A stretch of DNA of 64,000 nucleotides from a virus, in IMG/VR virus record IMGVR_UViG_3300047095_000292, positions 27,908 through 91,907 of that record. One strand, 5' to 3'. Below the pieces are notes generated by a model. The model had not been told where the DNA came from, ran no database searches, and saw only the letters and a list, made by a program, of their open reading frames with translations. The position numbers and the translations under genes were made by a program. Below, piece by piece: positions 41,619 to 53,001 of this stretch (position 1 is the stretch's first letter; each line of letters begins with the position of its first letter).

Positions 41619-42586
41619 AAGTCTATCCTACTACGCCATGCTGCGAATTTAGCCTGTCTAAAAGTATCTTTAGCGCCATGAGGGAAGTGTCTAAAAGTAA
41701 GGGGTCTACCAATATACTCTTTAGGGTTTTCTAGCATATGCTTGCGTTCATCATGTTTTAAAGCACCAGGAGCAACTCGCGCAAGTACACCATCTACATC
41801 GACAATAAGAGCACCAGCCATACCTGATAGTACCATTCCGTCCTTCTCGTATGACCTTTTTGCAAATCCCATATTATCTCGCATTTCTATATTCATATTA
41901 GTTTGACCCTCTTCGATATCTACTAATATCCCTTCTGTATCTTCAAAGCGTTTCAGCTTACCAATATAACCTTCACGCCAAGTGCCACGACCATGTTTAT
42001 ACGGTCCAAAGGGAGACCGCCACATAATTCCTTCATAACCCTTCTTAAGTTGTATTTCTTCGTACTCAAGAAGCTCTTCTAAGGATTCAAGCCACTGATG
42101 CTCAATTAGAGATACCTTTGCGTGAGGGTGTATCTGTTTATACTGCTCAATCATATCTCCTGCTATCTCTAAACGTACTTCAAAATCTTTATTAGCATGT
42201 TCTATAGCACAGCAGTCGAATACTCTGAAGTGTAAGTTATCAGACTCTTTGTCAATTGACATTGCGTATGATTGTGTACGGTTACAGAGATCATTATCGG
42301 TTTCATTACCCTCTGCAAGTTCACCGTCGAGATCAAGAAATGCACTGAAGTCACGTTGCACCTGCTTACTAGGCAGGTCTGTCATTGTACGACTCTTGCA
42401 TACTGCATATTGCCCAGTAACAGTTGGCACAAGATCACTACTATACTCTACCGCATCAGCAATAACAGGTAGACATCTAATGCCATCTATCTTAGGTGAA
42501 CCTAGCAGTGGATACTTTAATTCTTCAAAGTACTTAAGGTAGGTCTTAGGACTTTCCCTCGGTGAGAACATTGGTTGTTTTATCAT
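41615..42586 (-). CDS. ATP-dependent DNA ligase
   Basis: SPKIDGIR (KxDG), LDGEL, VFD, YEGIM, KLK motifs. Confidence 0.93.
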   Translation of the reverse strand: MIKQPMFSPRESPKTYLKYFEELKYPLLGSPKIDGIRCLPVIADAVEYSSDLVPTVTGQYAVCKSRTMTDLPSKQVQRDFSAFLDLDGELAEGNETDNDLCNRTQSYAMSIDKESDNLHFRVFDCCAIEHANKDFEVRLEIAGDMIEQYKQIHPHAKVSLIEHQWLESLEELLEYEEIQLKKGYEGIMWRSPFGPYKHGRGTWREGYIGKLKRFEDTEGILVDIEEGQTNMNIEMRDNMGFAKRSYEKDGMVLSGMAGALIVDVDGVLARVAPGALKHDERKHMLENPKEYIGRPLTFRHFPHGAKDTFRQAKFAAWRSRIDL

Positions 42587-43542
42587 TGTATTCCTCTCGC
42601 CAACTGTAACATAGTTTATTCGCAGGCTGTTCTTTGAACATATAACAATGCTCAGATGTCTCAGGATTTATAGAACGACTTTGGCAGTTATTACAACTAG
42701 CGCCTAACTCCCGTAATTCCTTGCGTTTGATATCTGCAAGCTCATACATGCGTTCAGTATATCCTGCTCGCTTATATTGCGATAGAGCATCTTCATCATT
42801 ACTCCAACTATGATCAGGTATATACATTAATCACACTCCTCATCAAGGGCTATACCATCTAATCCTGATTTCTCAAGTAGTCTATTGTGCAGCTTTGCAA
42901 TCTGTCGTCTTACTAGTGTCTTCTGATACGGTGTATGACAGTAGGAATTCTGACCTTTGTTAGCATACTCACTGAGATCATCTGTACGCTCCTGATATGC
43001 TAGATTCAGCCAGGCAATTGCGATATCATAGGCTGCCTCTTTTGGGGTATAACTAGGTTTAGAAACGCTCACAGCCATCACCGCCTCCATAGTCCTCATC
43101 TGTGCCCATCCCTGCACTACGTAGTGTGTCTGCATCAGCTTCTACATCTGTCATACCATCGCCAATTTCATCGTCACCATTAGGGTACTCGATACAGATC
43201 TCAGGGAATTGCTCTACAAGTTCATCAATCGTAGCTTGAATTGCATCTGCATCAATATCTGCAATATTGTAACTTCCATTGATAATTTGAATGATACCTT
43301 GCAGGTCTGCAAAGGCACATGCGATAGCTGTTTCTTGTGGTGCTGTTAGATTAATCATCGAAACCCTCATTAGTAGCAGGCATAAGTGGTGATACCCAAT
43401 TCTCAACAGACTCCATTACAATTGCATTACGCTCAGGAGCCTCTTCTGCTAATTCGCGAGCACGGTTAGTTGCTTCAGCTTTTGTTGAGTATCTAATATC
43501 GGCAGTATGTCCATCTATATATATCATCCAGAATCTTTCCAT
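42546..43542 (-). CDS. Small hypothetical genes (42546-42827, 42827-~43078, 43059-~43358, 43351-43542)
   Basis: Packed ORFs; starts uncertain. Confidence 0.45.
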
Positions 43543-43551
43543 TATATCTCC

Positions 43552-43701
43552 TTATCTATTGAAACACCCACATTCTTCGGCATACTTCTTACCTAAACGT
43601 ATACAATCTTCTAATTCAACTAAACGCTGCTGTGTATCTAGAGAGTTGTCTTGCATTATAAATTCAAGGTCTGCAAAGAAACCTTCAAGACTGAATCCCA
43701 T
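43552..43701 (-). CDS. 49-aa protein, copy A of a duplicated gene
   Basis: MGFSLEGFFADLEFIMQDNSLDTQQRLVELEDCIRLGKKYAEECGCFNR. Confidence 0.65.
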   Translation of the reverse strand: MGFSLEGFFADLEFIMQDNSLDTQQRLVELEDCIRLGKKYAEECGCFNR

Positions 43702-44240
43702 CTACTTACCCTCCAATAGTAGCATTAACTCGCGAGAACGCATACGCTTACCTTCTTCAAGAGCAAATTCTATCAATCTCAGTGTCTCTTCAGTAACATC
43801 ATCTTGACAGCCAAAATCTAATCCACCATTACAATTATGCAATATTTGTGGATCGCCTATTGCCGATTTGTCTTTATAAATTCTAAAATATGGTTTATAT
43901 AGACTCATTTCTTTTCCAATAGATAAAGAGTGTAATTTACGATTGACTTTTCAATGATTGCAGCTTGTTTGTGATCCACATTATTTATTGAGAATATGAC
44001 ACCATGCGCCATATTAATTGCACTTACATATGCTTCTGGATCTAACTGTTTAAGCTTAGAGTATGAGTTTTCCATAATTATTTACAAAGATAAAGTGCTT
44101 GCTCATTAGTAAAACCAGCATTAATAAATCCATTGTATGCCAGCATTTTCTCCTTAGCAACTGCATTGCATAGCTCTTCAAAATATTGCAGTCGTTCTTT
44201 TGATTCATTAATAGCCGCTGTCCATTTAAGTGCATCTTCC

Positions 44241-44390
44241 TTAGTCATTAAAGCACCCACACTCTTCAGCATACTTCTTGCCTGCACGTATACAATCTTC
44301 CAATGAAACTAAACGCTGTTGTGTATCTAGAGAGTTATCTTGCATTATAAATTCAAGGTCTGCAAAGAAACCTTCAAGACTGAATCCCAT
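44241..44390 (-). CDS. 49-aa protein, copy B of a duplicated gene
   Basis: MGFSLEGFFADLEFIMQDNSLDTQQRLVSLEDCIRAGKKYAEECGCFND; SD GGAG. Confidence 0.65.
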   Translation of the reverse strand: MGFSLEGFFADLEFIMQDNSLDTQQRLVSLEDCIRAGKKYAEECGCFND

Positions 44391-44404
44391 ATTATCTCCA
44401 TTAA

Positions 44405-44446
44405 TTAAAAGGCGGATACCTAATTCTAACGGTACCCGCCTTATTT
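44405..44446 (-). terminator. Intrinsic terminator after the RNR gene
   Basis: AAGGCGGGTACC-loop-GGTATCCGCCTTTT. Confidence 0.65.
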
Positions 44447-44447
44447 A

Positions 44448-46379
44448 TCACCGTATTGGACAAGCTCCATTAGCACATTCATCTGAACCCTCAAATTCAG
44501 CAGAGGAGATTGATGTGATTAGTTTTGTCTTCTTTACTAGTGCATTATATTGCTTTTCAGTTACCTCTTCATATGGTGCCTGCAGAAAGCCATGATCCGA
44601 ATGTTGTAAGAATGATAGTGTCTTATGATTGCTACGATAATGCTTAGCAAGATAATCCTTAATTTCAGGAAGCTCTTCTTTCTTGTAATAGATTGTACAA
44701 GATACCGCATTATCAGACCACTGTTCTTGCATTAGTTTGACAGCCTTTAATTGTTCAAGTGCTGTTGTATCTTTTGCTAACTTAGTACCCTCTGGATATG
44801 CAAAGGGAAATGTTACTACGACTGTATTATAGTCTTCTGACCCATCAAAGTTCTTCTGAAACTCTGTAGGGTAACCGTTTGCTTTACACAGTTTTACTAA
44901 CTCGTGATCACTTGCAATACGAATCCTACGATACATATATTGAGCATATCCGGGGTGTATCCCAGGTGTTACTCCAGGCAACAATGACAAGGTACCAGAT
45001 GGTTGAATAGTTGTTAACTTAATAGATTTATTAAAGCCATGAAGCTGAGAATAACGATGGTCATAATCGCGAAGATGTTCATAACATGCGTTTAACCATG
45101 ATATTTGTTCCTTTGTAGACTGCAGTACGCCTGTTAGCGAGATGCCCATTCGCTGATTCTTCTTTACAACAGCATCTGTTTCAGGATGATGCGCAGGTAA
45201 CTGCAAAGAGTGCTTATTAATACGATATAGCAATGAGCTTAAATCTATAAGCTCTTCTTTAGATGTAATATTTGGAAGAAAGATTGTAGCAAGACAGCAT
45301 GTCTCGTAAGGTTCCAAACTCTGTTCAGCACAAGGGTTATAACCTGCTATATCAGGGTCAGGATATTGCGTTTCACCAATCCGTCCACATTTCTTTGACA
45401 AACGGAGATTGATAAGCCCGTACGGTTCTCCTTTTTGTTCATAGCCTGTCCAGAAGTATTCGTGCAAGTCTCTAATATCGTCGCAAGCCACGCTGTTGTT
45501 CGACATGCTTCTCCATGAAGGAATATTTCCAAGTGACCAGGTTTTAGCGAGCAGAAACTCAACATCATCAGGATCTCCAATAGCAATTTGAGCAGACCTA
45601 CGGACATTTCCTGCCACGATGATGTGGCCAATGATATTCATAATATCTAAACAATCAATTGGACGAACCTTCTTACCACTTCTCTTAATTAAGATTTCCG
45701 ATATTTTTCCAATTCCCCAACAAAGGTCTTCAGGTCCGCTGGCAACGCCACCAAACCCCTTGATTGGAGTACCTTTTCCACGAATGACTTGAGTGCTATA
45801 AGTGAAGCTCCCCTTCTCCTTGCGCTCCGATAAGAATGCCGCCTTGAGAGTCTTCGCCAAGAAACGGACCCATCCTTCCCTAGAATCAGGTATAATGAAG
45901 TCTGCTCCTCCTGTATCGACGCGTGTAGGCGCTCGAAACCATTCACGAACTTCTGGAATTTTGTCAACGTACTTTCTCTGGATATTGTATCCAACACCTG
46001 CTCCTAGGGCTAGCATATCCATGCACCATGTGAATGGTACAATTGGATTGTCTACTACAGTGAATGCACAATTCTGTAGACTAGCTAACCCAATACGATC
46101 TACGGTGCTTGTGCCCAATTGCCACTTGAAACGTCCTGCTACACTTCCCTTAAGTTGTAGAAAATACTTACGTAACCTCTCATTTTCCTCTTCAGAAAAA
46201 CCACAGTGTAGTTGTGTTTCAAATGCTTTTATTTCACGTTCAATTGTTTCAGGAAATTCTTCAGTACGATCTGTACCTTCAATTTTTCTTGAGTATGTAC
46301 GTTTATACGTAAGGTAACCCACTGAGCTAAATGGTGTTACAATGGGTTCTGCCTTTACGGTCTTATTAGTTTTCTTCAT
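44448..46379 (-). CDS. nrdJ: Class II (adenosylcobalamin-dependent) ribonucleotide reductase
   Basis: QNCAF, GNVRRSAQI, NPCAEQSL, QPSGT, C-terminal CANGACPIR; no beta-subunit gene in the window. Confidence 0.9.
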   Translation of the reverse strand: MKKTNKTVKAEPIVTPFSSVGYLTYKRTYSRKIEGTDRTEEFPETIEREIKAFETQLHCGFSEEENERLRKYFLQLKGSVAGRFKWQLGTSTVDRIGLASLQNCAFTVVDNPIVPFTWCMDMLALGAGVGYNIQRKYVDKIPEVREWFRAPTRVDTGGADFIIPDSREGWVRFLAKTLKAAFLSERKEKGSFTYSTQVIRGKGTPIKGFGGVASGPEDLCWGIGKISEILIKRSGKKVRPIDCLDIMNIIGHIIVAGNVRRSAQIAIGDPDDVEFLLAKTWSLGNIPSWRSMSNNSVACDDIRDLHEYFWTGYEQKGEPYGLINLRLSKKCGRIGETQYPDPDIAGYNPCAEQSLEPYETCCLATIFLPNITSKEELIDLSSLLYRINKHSLQLPAHHPETDAVVKKNQRMGISLTGVLQSTKEQISWLNACYEHLRDYDHRYSQLHGFNKSIKLTTIQPSGTLSLLPGVTPGIHPGYAQYMYRRIRIASDHELVKLCKANGYPTEFQKNFDGSEDYNTVVVTFPFAYPEGTKLAKDTTALEQLKAVKLMQEQWSDNAVSCTIYYKKEELPEIKDYLAKHYRSNHKTLSFLQHSDHGFLQAPYEEVTEKQYNALVKKTKLITSISSAEFEGSDECANGACPIR

Positions 46380-46940
46380 ACTCCCTTAATCCTCAAAAAA
46401 TATACTTCTACGTGATACTCTCTTCAGAACTTTGTCCTTCTTTTGAATACGCGGTGGTGGTTCAATATCAAAGACCTTAACAGTGCCATTACAACAAACA
46501 AAGCATGTATATGGTTTACCGTCCTCGTCAAGATCTTCATGCCATAACCCGCCACACTCGGGACATACATTAGTTGTAGCCATTATTCTTCCGTTGATAA
46601 CATTTCATTCACCAACCTATCGAGTGTCCAGACTACAAGAGGTATAAGTTCATCACCTACACGTTTAAATAACCTGATTTTTCCATGCTCTTGATCTATT
46701 AAAAAGCGATACTTCCCATTGTTAAGATTTGCACCATATAGCATGCCTTCCATTATTTATCCTCAGTAAGTAAATATAATGTAACCTTAAGTGCTTCCTG
46801 TAGTTCACTCTTTGTAAGTGTCAAGCCTAAACTATTTAATTGATACAAATTATTATTACCAATTAATACAAAGGGAACCACATATTCATTCTCCCCTTGT
46901 ATTTCTGCTTTAGTTCTTAATACACCAATCTTTTGATTAA

Positions 46941-48581
46941 TCATAAATCCTCAAAAACTTCATCTCCAAGATACTCTGAATGAGTAAGACGGCCAGTTGC
47001 TTGATCATAGAAGGCACCAGATATTGGTCCAGTAAGTCCAATGGTACGTGATTTCAATACAGACATGATAATTGAGTTCCTGATTATTTCATCAGGTGAT
47101 GTCATGTCTCTAGCAAATGCAAGGATATCAAAGGACACTTGCTTGATAGAGCCTGATCCACGAATGTCATCCATTGTTGGTAACTTACCTTGTTCGAATG
47201 ACTTCTTACCAGATGCAACCTTGCGTAAGTGACTTACTAACCCAATCCAAATCGGATGTCGTTTGACAAGCCTGAGTAGATGATTCATTACAAGATCGAT
47301 TGCAGCATTACCTTCCTTGCCATCTGCACCTTCACTAGTAAGAATTGTGATATGGTCAATGAACAGGTACTCACAACCCATCAATGCCATATACTCTAAT
47401 TGTTCAACAATACTTGCATCATTGATAGAGCCTTGGTGGTCTAGTACAATTACACGATCATCTTTGAATACCTTATCAAATCCAACTTTCAGATCTTCAT
47501 TTGAGATCTCTTCATTTGATGGATTACGATTAATTGCCATCCCTGCTAGTTTCATCCCTGTTTCACCAGGGGATTCTTCAAGAGATATAATGCCAATCTT
47601 AGATTTAGTAGTCTCAAGCAGATGCAACATGATTTCTCGCATTAGGCTCGACTTGCCACTGCCTGTTCCTGAAATGAACAATGCAATCTCACCGAAACGC
47701 ATACCCTTAATCTTCGTATTAACACCCTTCATACAGTCAGGATAAGGTACACAAGGAATAGTATTACGTTCAGCGATTTGTTTCCAGATTGCTTCTTTAG
47801 AAACTATTCCAGCAGGAGACCATTTCGCTGCATCCCATATGAACTGATAAAGCTTCTCACCGCCTATCTTACATAGGAGTTCATTAGCATCCTTGCCACC
47901 AACAGGCTTCCAGACCTTTGCTTTATCCAGTCCAATGATATGCAATGCTTTCTGCGTGGCTATTTCACCAGCCTCATCTGCATCTAGGCATAGTACTACT
48001 TCCTGAAAACTACGTATCCATTCTCGATTTGCTAGGAGTTCTTTCGTACCTGACGCTGACGGTATGGAGACGACAGGATAGAACTTTCCATACTTGTCAT
48101 ACGTGGCCTGAGCGACTGAGAGAGCATCGATTTCCCCCTCTGTGATAATAAGTCGTTTTCCACCGCCGTTGAAACAATCCTTTCCAAATAGTCCCCCCGA
48201 AGTCCCTGCCCATGTAAATACCTTCGGAAGCTTTCTACACTTATACCCCCCGTTTGAGTAGGGATAGTAGTGTGTATCGATTTCTCCTTTGTCATTGTAA
48301 CTTACCTTTACATTGAAGAACTCACAGACCATCTTTGTAATTTGTCTATCTTGAAACCCTCGGCTTTTTAATGCTTTAATTTCATCAATAGGTGTCTCTT
48401 TTAATACCTGAATTGCCTTCTTCTCAGAAGACGTGTGTCCTTTTTCGGGATCATAGTCAGCCTTAAAGAAGCTATTACAACTGAAACAAAATGAGGTTCC
48501 ATCCTCATATACCTGCCGTGCATCCGAGCTTTTACACTTCGGGTTTATGCACGGTTGGTTCTTGTGTACTACTATTCCCAT
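46941..48581 (-). CDS. T7 gp4-like primase-helicase
   Basis: Zinc finger CINPKC...CFSC, TOPRIM ITEGEIDA and DADEAG, Walker A GTGSGKS, FIDH, VSHLRK, RGSGSIKQ. Confidence 0.95.
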   Translation of the reverse strand: MGIVVHKNQPCINPKCKSSDARQVYEDGTSFCFSCNSFFKADYDPEKGHTSSEKKAIQVLKETPIDEIKALKSRGFQDRQITKMVCEFFNVKVSYNDKGEIDTHYYPYSNGGYKCRKLPKVFTWAGTSGGLFGKDCFNGGGKRLIITEGEIDALSVAQATYDKYGKFYPVVSIPSASGTKELLANREWIRSFQEVVLCLDADEAGEIATQKALHIIGLDKAKVWKPVGGKDANELLCKIGGEKLYQFIWDAAKWSPAGIVSKEAIWKQIAERNTIPCVPYPDCMKGVNTKIKGMRFGEIALFISGTGSGKSSLMREIMLHLLETTKSKIGIISLEESPGETGMKLAGMAINRNPSNEEISNEDLKVGFDKVFKDDRVIVLDHQGSINDASIVEQLEYMALMGCEYLFIDHITILTSEGADGKEGNAAIDLVMNHLLRLVKRHPIWIGLVSHLRKVASGKKSFEQGKLPTMDDIRGSGSIKQVSFDILAFARDMTSPDEIIRNSIIMSVLKSRTIGLTGPISGAFYDQATGRLTHSEYLGDEVFEDL

Positions 48582-48758
48582 GATTGTGAATGCCTGTGAA
48601 TATTTGAGAGACAAACATCAGTGCAATTCCCATAAGGAGAATGTCTGATGACTCTGGGTTTGTTTTTGCATATGCTACAATTGCACCTGATATTAGAAAA
48701 TATACTGCAATAAGTCCTGTGACAATTCCTAGTGCTTTAAACATCTATAATTTCCTCT

Positions 48759-49280
48759 CTATAACACATGTTTCCATGTTGCATTTCTTTTTATCTGACT
48801 TATTGTACCGTGATCTACACCGTAGTCACTTGCAATTTGCCTAACGGCCTCTGTTTTACAACGTAGCCTTATAGTTGGAATATCGCTCTCATGTAACACT
48901 GCATTTCCAGAATTACTACCTTTTCTTATTAGCCCTAATTCTTTAGCATGTCGTGTGTTTTCCTCTCTAGACACCCAGTTTAGATTAGAGGCCTCGTTGT
49001 TATACTTATTACCATCGATATGATTTACAAACGGTAAATTACGTGGATTTTCAACAAACGTTTCACAAACTAAACGGTGTACCTTACAAAAGTGTGACTT
49101 GCCATTTATTGTTACATTTACTTTAAGATACCCTAGCTGATTATCCGACTGTTTTAATAACTTTCCTGCGCGCAATGCATATGTTCCATGCGATGTTTGT
49201 ACCATCCTGTCAATACTTCTGACATTTCCTAAGTTAGATACTTCACAGACATCTTTATAATTCTTCCAAATCTCTAACAT
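48759..49280 (-). CDS. Free-standing NUMOD4/HNH endonuclease
   Basis: EVSNLGNVRS, VHRLV...VNHIDGNKYNNEASNL. Confidence 0.9.
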   Translation of the reverse strand: MLEIWKNYKDVCEVSNLGNVRSIDRMVQTSHGTYALRAGKLLKQSDNQLGYLKVNVTINGKSHFCKVHRLVCETFVENPRNLPFVNHIDGNKYNNEASNLNWVSREENTRHAKELGLIRKGSNSGNAVLHESDIPTIRLRCKTEAVRQIASDYGVDHGTISQIKRNATWKHVL

Positions 49281-49902
49281 TCTTAGTCTCCATGATTTTG
49301 ATTATCCTAGATAATCTACTCTTATGCCTTTCAGTTACCGGTTCTTTTACAACCCATGACACTTTATTAACTAGCCTATTATACCATAAATGTTGATTTG
49401 AGGGTGTCTCAGCAAACATTAACGACCAAGTTTCAGAATAACTCAAAGCGCCTTTAGATTTATATTGCTCGATACATATAAATCTAAAATCTTCTTTTCC
49501 GAAATTCTTAACAGTTGCTGCTAACTCCTTTGAAGATGATATGTACCATCTCCAATTCATATCTACTTTTTGACGTCTAGTCGTACCTTCTATTAATTTT
49601 AAAGTTGTGTAGTTCTTTTTACCCAAGTAAAGCTTATGATTATTAAGATCTACAATTACATATATAAAACCTATATAACCATCACTTCCCATTTCCTCTA
49701 CAAATCGCCAGTGTCCTGATCCGCGATAATCAGCAGGATCCACGCGGGAGCCTACTTTACCTTCTAGAGAGATTCTGCGAGGCTTGACAATAGCAGGTAC
49801 AGTAGCGACAGTATCGTCAAGAATACCAGTGAAGACGTTACCAATAAGGTTATCAGGTAGCTTAAACTTTGGTCTTTCTGGAGGAATATTAGTCTCATCC
49901 AT
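49255..49902 (-). CDS. GIY-YIG-like nuclease
   Basis: GFIYVIVDLNNHKLYLGKK...WRWYISSS...WYN. Confidence 0.7.
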   Translation of the reverse strand: MDETNIPPERPKFKLPDNLIGNVFTGILDDTVATVPAIVKPRRISLEGKVGSRVDPADYRGSGHWRFVEEMGSDGYIGFIYVIVDLNNHKLYLGKKNYTTLKLIEGTTRRQKVDMNWRWYISSSKELAATVKNFGKEDFRFICIEQYKSKGALSYSETWSLMFAETPSNQHLWYNRLVNKVSWVVKEPVTERHKSRLSRIIKIMETKNVRDLEEL

Positions 49903-49910
49903 AGTGCTCC

Positions 49911-50360
49911 TTAATCACATACCATTTTGTAAACAGGTGTACGTACCTCTTCTACAATCTCATCTATCATTACACGATGGCATGTGGAAGACTCTTCCTT
50001 TACGTACGCGTTTATTACAACTCGACCCCAATCAAATGTAAATTTATAGTCCACATTGAAGTAATTCGGGTACTCACTTGAACTGGTGTCTTCTGGTTTC
50101 TCATCTATAAAGAAACCTAACAGTTCCATCAGCTCTTCACATTTAAAGCTATCAAGATTTGATCTACTCATGTAGATCCCAAATGACCCGCCTTGCCTAG
50201 ATGTTTCTAATTTCTGGCCAGGGAAAGCCCTTTCGAATCTGAGAACAACTGTTGTAACCTTAGCAAGGTTTACTAGAGCTGTCTCATATTCCTTATTAAG
50301 TCTTTCAATATATTTATTTTTAATCTTCTTCTTAAGATTTTTCTTGCTATACGCTCTCAC
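49911..50360 (-). CDS. Hypothetical protein
   Basis: 149-aa ORF. Confidence 0.55.
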   Translation of the reverse strand: MRAYSKKNLKKKIKNKYIERLNKEYETALVNLAKVTTVVLRFERAFPGQKLETSRQGGSFGIYMSRSNLDSFKCEELMELLGFFIDEKPEDTSSSEYPNYFNVDYKFTFDWGRVVINAYVKEESSTCHRVMIDEIVEEVRTPVYKMVCD

Positions 50361-50474
50361 GCTATCACCTCGGCGTTGATGGAAAGTTTCAGTTCAGAAA
50401 CGCAAACGGCATTGTCAGGTTTGACGCGGGTGAGGCAATTGGGGGGGTGCTGACCCTGACCCCATGCCGATCTT

Positions 50475-50996
50475 TCATGCCTCACTATGTACGCCACTTT
50501 GGAAAAGTAAGTGTTTTGGCACAATACTCTTTTGGTATTCCAACTTAGCATTATTGAGCTTATTATAGGCTTCTGCTGCTTCTTCTTTTGTGTCAAAAGT
50601 GCCTAAATGCAGATAATGCAATCCTGTAGTTATTCTGGCAACCCATTTTCCTGTCTTTGTCTTAGAGACTCCTCTTATACCACTTTTACTAGTGTTACGA
50701 ACGCTTGAATTAGCTACATTTTGGGCATGCGTAACTACGCGAAGATTCTCTATGTTGTTATTAGATCTGTTTCTATCGATATGATCTATCTCAAGGCCTT
50801 CTGGAATCTCACCAAAATGCAAAATCCATATAAGTCTATGCTCTCTATAGCTTTTACCTTTCAAACGTATAGCGCGATACCCTCTTGCGCCACTTGTACT
50901 TGCTGGCATTCCTGCTTTATAGAACTGATTTGGAGACTTTATCCAAAAAAGTCTACCTCGTTTATATTCAAACCATTCATTTATTAGATCTTTCAT
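50475..50996 (-). CDS. Free-standing HNH-AP2 endonuclease
   Basis: EHRLIW...IDHIDRNRSNNNIENLR, SGIRGVS, LGTFDTKEEA. Confidence 0.9.
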   Translation of the reverse strand: MKDLINEWFEYKRGRLFWIKSPNQFYKAGMPASTSGARGYRAIRLKGKSYREHRLIWILHFGEIPEGLEIDHIDRNRSNNNIENLRVVTHAQNVANSSVRNTSKSGIRGVSKTKTGKWVARITTGLHYLHLGTFDTKEEAAEAYNKLNNAKLEYQKSIVPKHLLFQSGVHSEA

Positions 50997-52039
50997 ATCT
51001 TCTTCTTACCCCAACTTGCACTGAATACAGGTAGTGTAACTTCTTCAGTAACTTTCGGAAATACAGGCGTTGCCTCATTTACTTCATTAATACCAATAGC
51101 ATCAACAGTACCATATTCCTTTTTATGAGCCTCAATTTGTTCCGAGGTCCAGTTACCAAGCTCCTGCCATGTCTTGACAGGTTCTGCAGCTTTATCAGGT
51201 ATATCATGATACAGCGGTTTATCACATTCTACTAGCTCTACAGGTTCTTTTTCAGGTATATACTCACAGATATTCCAGCCATCTAGGTTGAAATGATCCT
51301 CTGGATGCTTCTTTAAGTACAGCAGCATTCCATTCAGCAACAACTCCTTTTCCCAGTCATTTCCAAATGCGCCTTGGTATGCCTCTGTTACAGTATGCTG
51401 AAACTCTGCCTCGGTGTTTAGTGCTGCAAGGTATTTCTTAGCGCGCACTTCACCTACCTTTGGGATACCCTTGATATTATCAGTAGGATCGCCTTTAAGT
51501 AACTGCTCGTAATAAAATCTAGTAGATGCTTCCTCAGACATTTCAAGAAACTCGTTCTTATGCATAAGGTAGTGCCTGCCAGGAATACAACGCAGATCCT
51601 TATCAATACTACAGATTACATAGTTCTCACCATTAGCCACACATTCCTGTTGCCAATACCGCAGCAGATCATCAGCCTCTACACCATGCGCTGCAATCGC
51701 CATACCTGCATCTACTGCCATCTGTCTTAGTTGTGGTACGAATGGGTTACGTTTCTTAGGATCTGCATGACGATTAGCTTTGTACTCTGGGTAGATCTCA
51801 TTGCGGAAGTTATTTTCACCCTTTACTGCCATTTTGTATTGGTCAGTGAAGCATATTTCACACATGTCTTGTACAATTTCCTGAAAACGTAGCCATGCCT
51901 TAGTCAGATAAGCAGCGTCCTCTTCAGGGGTAAATACTACTTCTTCAAGTTGATATATAGTGTAGCCTTGGCCATTCTTAAACCTATTCTCGCAGGCCAT
52001 GTATGCAACAACATCTCCATCTATGATCGCGACTGTCAT
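50993..52039 (-). CDS. 5'-3' exonuclease (T7 gp6/FEN-like)
   Basis: IDGD, YKANR, EADD, DKDL, GDPTDNIKGIPKVG. Confidence 0.92.
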   Translation of the reverse strand: MTVAIIDGDVVAYMACENRFKNGQGYTIYQLEEVVFTPEEDAAYLTKAWLRFQEIVQDMCEICFTDQYKMAVKGENNFRNEIYPEYKANRHADPKKRNPFVPQLRQMAVDAGMAIAAHGVEADDLLRYWQQECVANGENYVICSIDKDLRCIPGRHYLMHKNEFLEMSEEASTRFYYEQLLKGDPTDNIKGIPKVGEVRAKKYLAALNTEAEFQHTVTEAYQGAFGNDWEKELLLNGMLLYLKKHPEDHFNLDGWNICEYIPEKEPVELVECDKPLYHDIPDKAAEPVKTWQELGNWTSEQIEAHKKEYGTVDAIGINEVNEATPVFPKVTEEVTLPVFSASWGKKKI

Positions 52040-52294
52040 TTTCGTGTATCCAGAAATTGCATATAATCGAACTTGTATATGCTATCAAATGTTGGCACTT
52101 GACGCCCTACCATAAATACAGCAAGAGTCTCGTGTTGGTCTTCAGGGATGTCCTTGATCAATACATTTTCCTTATTAACCAGGTCATCCCATTCATTCAT
52201 TGCCTTCTTACCCTGCTTAAATATTTTATCGAAGTTGTCTCGATATTTATTAGATGCATGCTTTGTCTTAATCTCAGCACCTGTATGTTCATTT

Positions 52295-52582
52295 TTACTT
52301 ACCATTCAGCGCCCCTACTGACTTTGAATAGTCCATAAAGTGTGCCATCTTTTCTAACTTAGCCTGACTCACGCTAATGTCAAACTCACACTTTATTTCT
52401 TCTTCAAGCATGTGTATAATTGTGAAGAGATCCTTTAGTTCCATCTCAAGATCTTCTAGATTTGTTGTGTTCTTGCTATGATGTCTGTCATCTGGCAGGA
52501 AGCGTGCACACTTAGATGCAGCATGCGCGACTTCACAGCATTCTTCAGCTAAACAAACTAATAAATATTCTTGCCTATTCAT
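52295..52582 (-). CDS. MazG-like all-alpha NTP pyrophosphatase
   Basis: LAEECCEV...SKCARF...ELKDL. Confidence 0.6.
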   Translation of the reverse strand: MNRQEYLLVCLAEECCEVAHAASKCARFLPDDRHHSKNTTNLEDLEMELKDLFTIIHMLEEEIKCEFDISVSQAKLEKMAHFMDYSKSVGALNGK

Positions 52583-53001
52583 ACTTCTACCTTGTTAACA
52601 TACCACGGTCCAGACACACGCTTAGCATTAAAGAATGTAGCGCCTTTAAAGATTGACCAAGCTATGAATCCACGTTTTTTACATTCTTTGGCAGCTAATT
52701 CACCATTAGATTTACTTGAGTATCTGTTATCAAGACGAATCAAGGCGCGATCCCCACTAGCTTCAATCAATCTAGGCTTGCCAAATTGTGGCGGTATTGT
52801 GCCTTCAATATAACCTGTTGACATTTTATAAAATTGGGCATATAGCATAACTCCTCCAATTAATTGTTAGTGCAGGGCTTCCACCTGCTGCGGATTCAAA
52901 TTTCGACTTGCGTCTCCATGATACCTCTGCCTGGTATTTGAAGTTCCAGGACTTTAATAAGTGCAGGACTCACACCTGCTGTGGCCGCAGCCTCTCAACC
53001 T

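Noticed and set aside
43552-44390. Diversity-generating retroelement TR/VR pair
   Set aside because: No reverse transcriptase in the window, and both copies are complete small genes rather than a template and a variable C-terminus.
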